Part shown: positions 62,840 to 64,000 of the stretch, piece after piece
Layout of the letters: each line of letters starts with the position of its first letter
Position numbering within the stretch: position 1 is the stretch's first letter
Source of the DNA: Azolla caroliniana
Lineage: Eukaryota; Plantae; Polypodiophyta
Length of the DNA: 64,000 bases
Direction of reading: 5' to 3'
NCBI GenBank assembly: GCA_043228905.1
Contig: JBHGNT010000006.1
Location: 4,774,001-4,838,000, forward strand
The notes under the pieces: model-generated
Seen by the model: the letters and a program-made list of their open reading frames with translations, nothing else
Database searches by the model: none
Told to the model about the DNA's origin: nothing
Position numbers and translations under genes: made by a program

Positions 62840-63070
62840 AGTCTATTCTAGATGGAACCAACTATCTACATTGGGAATTGTAGATGATGAGCGTGTTGCA
62901 ATACCATTGTTTGGGGAATATTGTTAAAGGGGCCGACCTTAATCCTAAGGCTACTTTTCTTTTTCATTTTCAACACCCACACAAGCTACCATTGAGTCTT
63001 GGTTTGTCAAAGATGGTCGTGCTTATGCTTTCATGATCTTCAACATGAAGCCTCAAGTTGTTACATTCTC
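62840..63070 (+). mobile_element. Copia gag N-terminal remnant
   Basis: Peptide ILDGTNYLHWEL*MMSVL..IVKG, broken by a stop and frameshift. Confidence 0.45.
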
Positions 63071-63348
63071 ACCAAAACAATTCTGTTCGCCAAATCATTT
63101 TATGGACATAGTTTTTGTTTTGATGGTTGATATCGAGACTTGGGATTGAGATATGCAAGTTTAAGAAAAACGAGGTGATCATTGCATTGGAAATCCTTAG
63201 GAAACCTAAGGCTATACACTTTGATAGAAAGAAAGAAAAAGAAATATTAATGTCTTTAAGAGGCCAAAATGATGTGTAGGACCAAAGAGGAGAGAATTTT
63301 AGAGAGTTCTTCTTCAGGAGCAAGGTGAACGAAAGCATTGAAAACAGA

Positions 63349-64000
63349 ATGGTGGGCACTAGACAGAAACCAAATGTTCTTGTCACGGGTACACCGGGGA
63401 CAGGGAAAACTTCAACTTCTTCCCTTCTTGCAGATGCAACACAGCTTCGTCATATCAACGTGGGTGACCTCGTGAAGGAGAAGCATCTCCATGATGGTTG
63501 GGACTCAGAACTCCAGTGCCATGTGCTCAATGAAGACCTGGTTTGTCTCCATTTAACTCTCAATACCACTTTGAGATAAGTATGAAGGTGGTATGCATGT
63601 CTATTTGGTGGTTTGGAGCATCATTGGTACTTTTAAGCACACAAATGACTATAGCGAAAGACCCATGGTTTAAGCACATAAATGGCTATGAATATGCAGG
63701 TGCATGTCCATTCTGCACACATAATTTGATGACTGGATTTAGGGTATAGGACATCTGGTACTTTTTTGCATAAAAAATGGCTCTGGAGATATAGGGTTTA
63801 GGGTACAATCCATAGACATAGGTTAAGTTTAGTATTTATCTTGAGGATCATGTAATAAGTTGTGGGTTTGTATGCTTTATCTGGAATAATATGATTGTAG
63901 AAGTAGGTTTTTTAAGTGTTATATTGTTTATGTTTTAATTTTGTCTTCATGTGTGGGGCACATTATGAAGCTTTGCGATGAACTAGAAGACTCAATGAGA
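63349..64000 (+). CDS. AK6: Adenylate kinase 6 / Fap7 homologue, 5' part (exons 63349-63540 and 63971 onward)
   Basis: [15 protein letters not shown] (P-loop)..[24 protein letters not shown]|LCDELED. Possible untranslated exon ending at 60484 (cctg|gtaagt) with an acceptor at 63317. Confidence 0.92.

Overview
Eukaryotic, AT-rich, intron-containing land-plant DNA; the repeat content suggests a fern or other seed-free plant, which is inference only. Host genes: the 5' end of a glutaredoxin-domain gene (-), CPI1 cycloeucalenol cycloisomerase (+, 8 coding exons), tRNA-Ser(GCT) (-), a single-exon U-box/ARM E3 ligase (+), NAR1 cytosolic Fe-S assembly factor (-) and the 5' part of AK6/Fap7 (+). 5.3-21.7 kb is a nested transposon pile: a LINE holds a Copia, the Copia 3' LTR holds a TIR DNA transposon, and that transposon holds a solo LTR; a second solo LTR sits in the Copia. 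The highlight is the 9.9-kb TIR transposon (6330-16260; 33-bp TIRs, 4-bp TSD ATGT). It carries a Sola-like DDE transposase and a divergently transcribed six-exon cargo gene encoding a ParB/Srx-like domain fused to a bacterial-type beta-class N6A/N4C DNA methyltransferase. Intron 1 of the cargo gene holds five regularly spaced 25-bp palindromes. This copy is decayed by premature stops. A 7.6-kb Mutator-like element with an uninterrupted transposase ORF and a Ulp1-protease gene sits ~170 bp upstream of NAR1, and an inverted copy of NAR1 exon 1 lies upstream of the AK6 CDS. All family calls come from motif recognition by eye; no searches were run.
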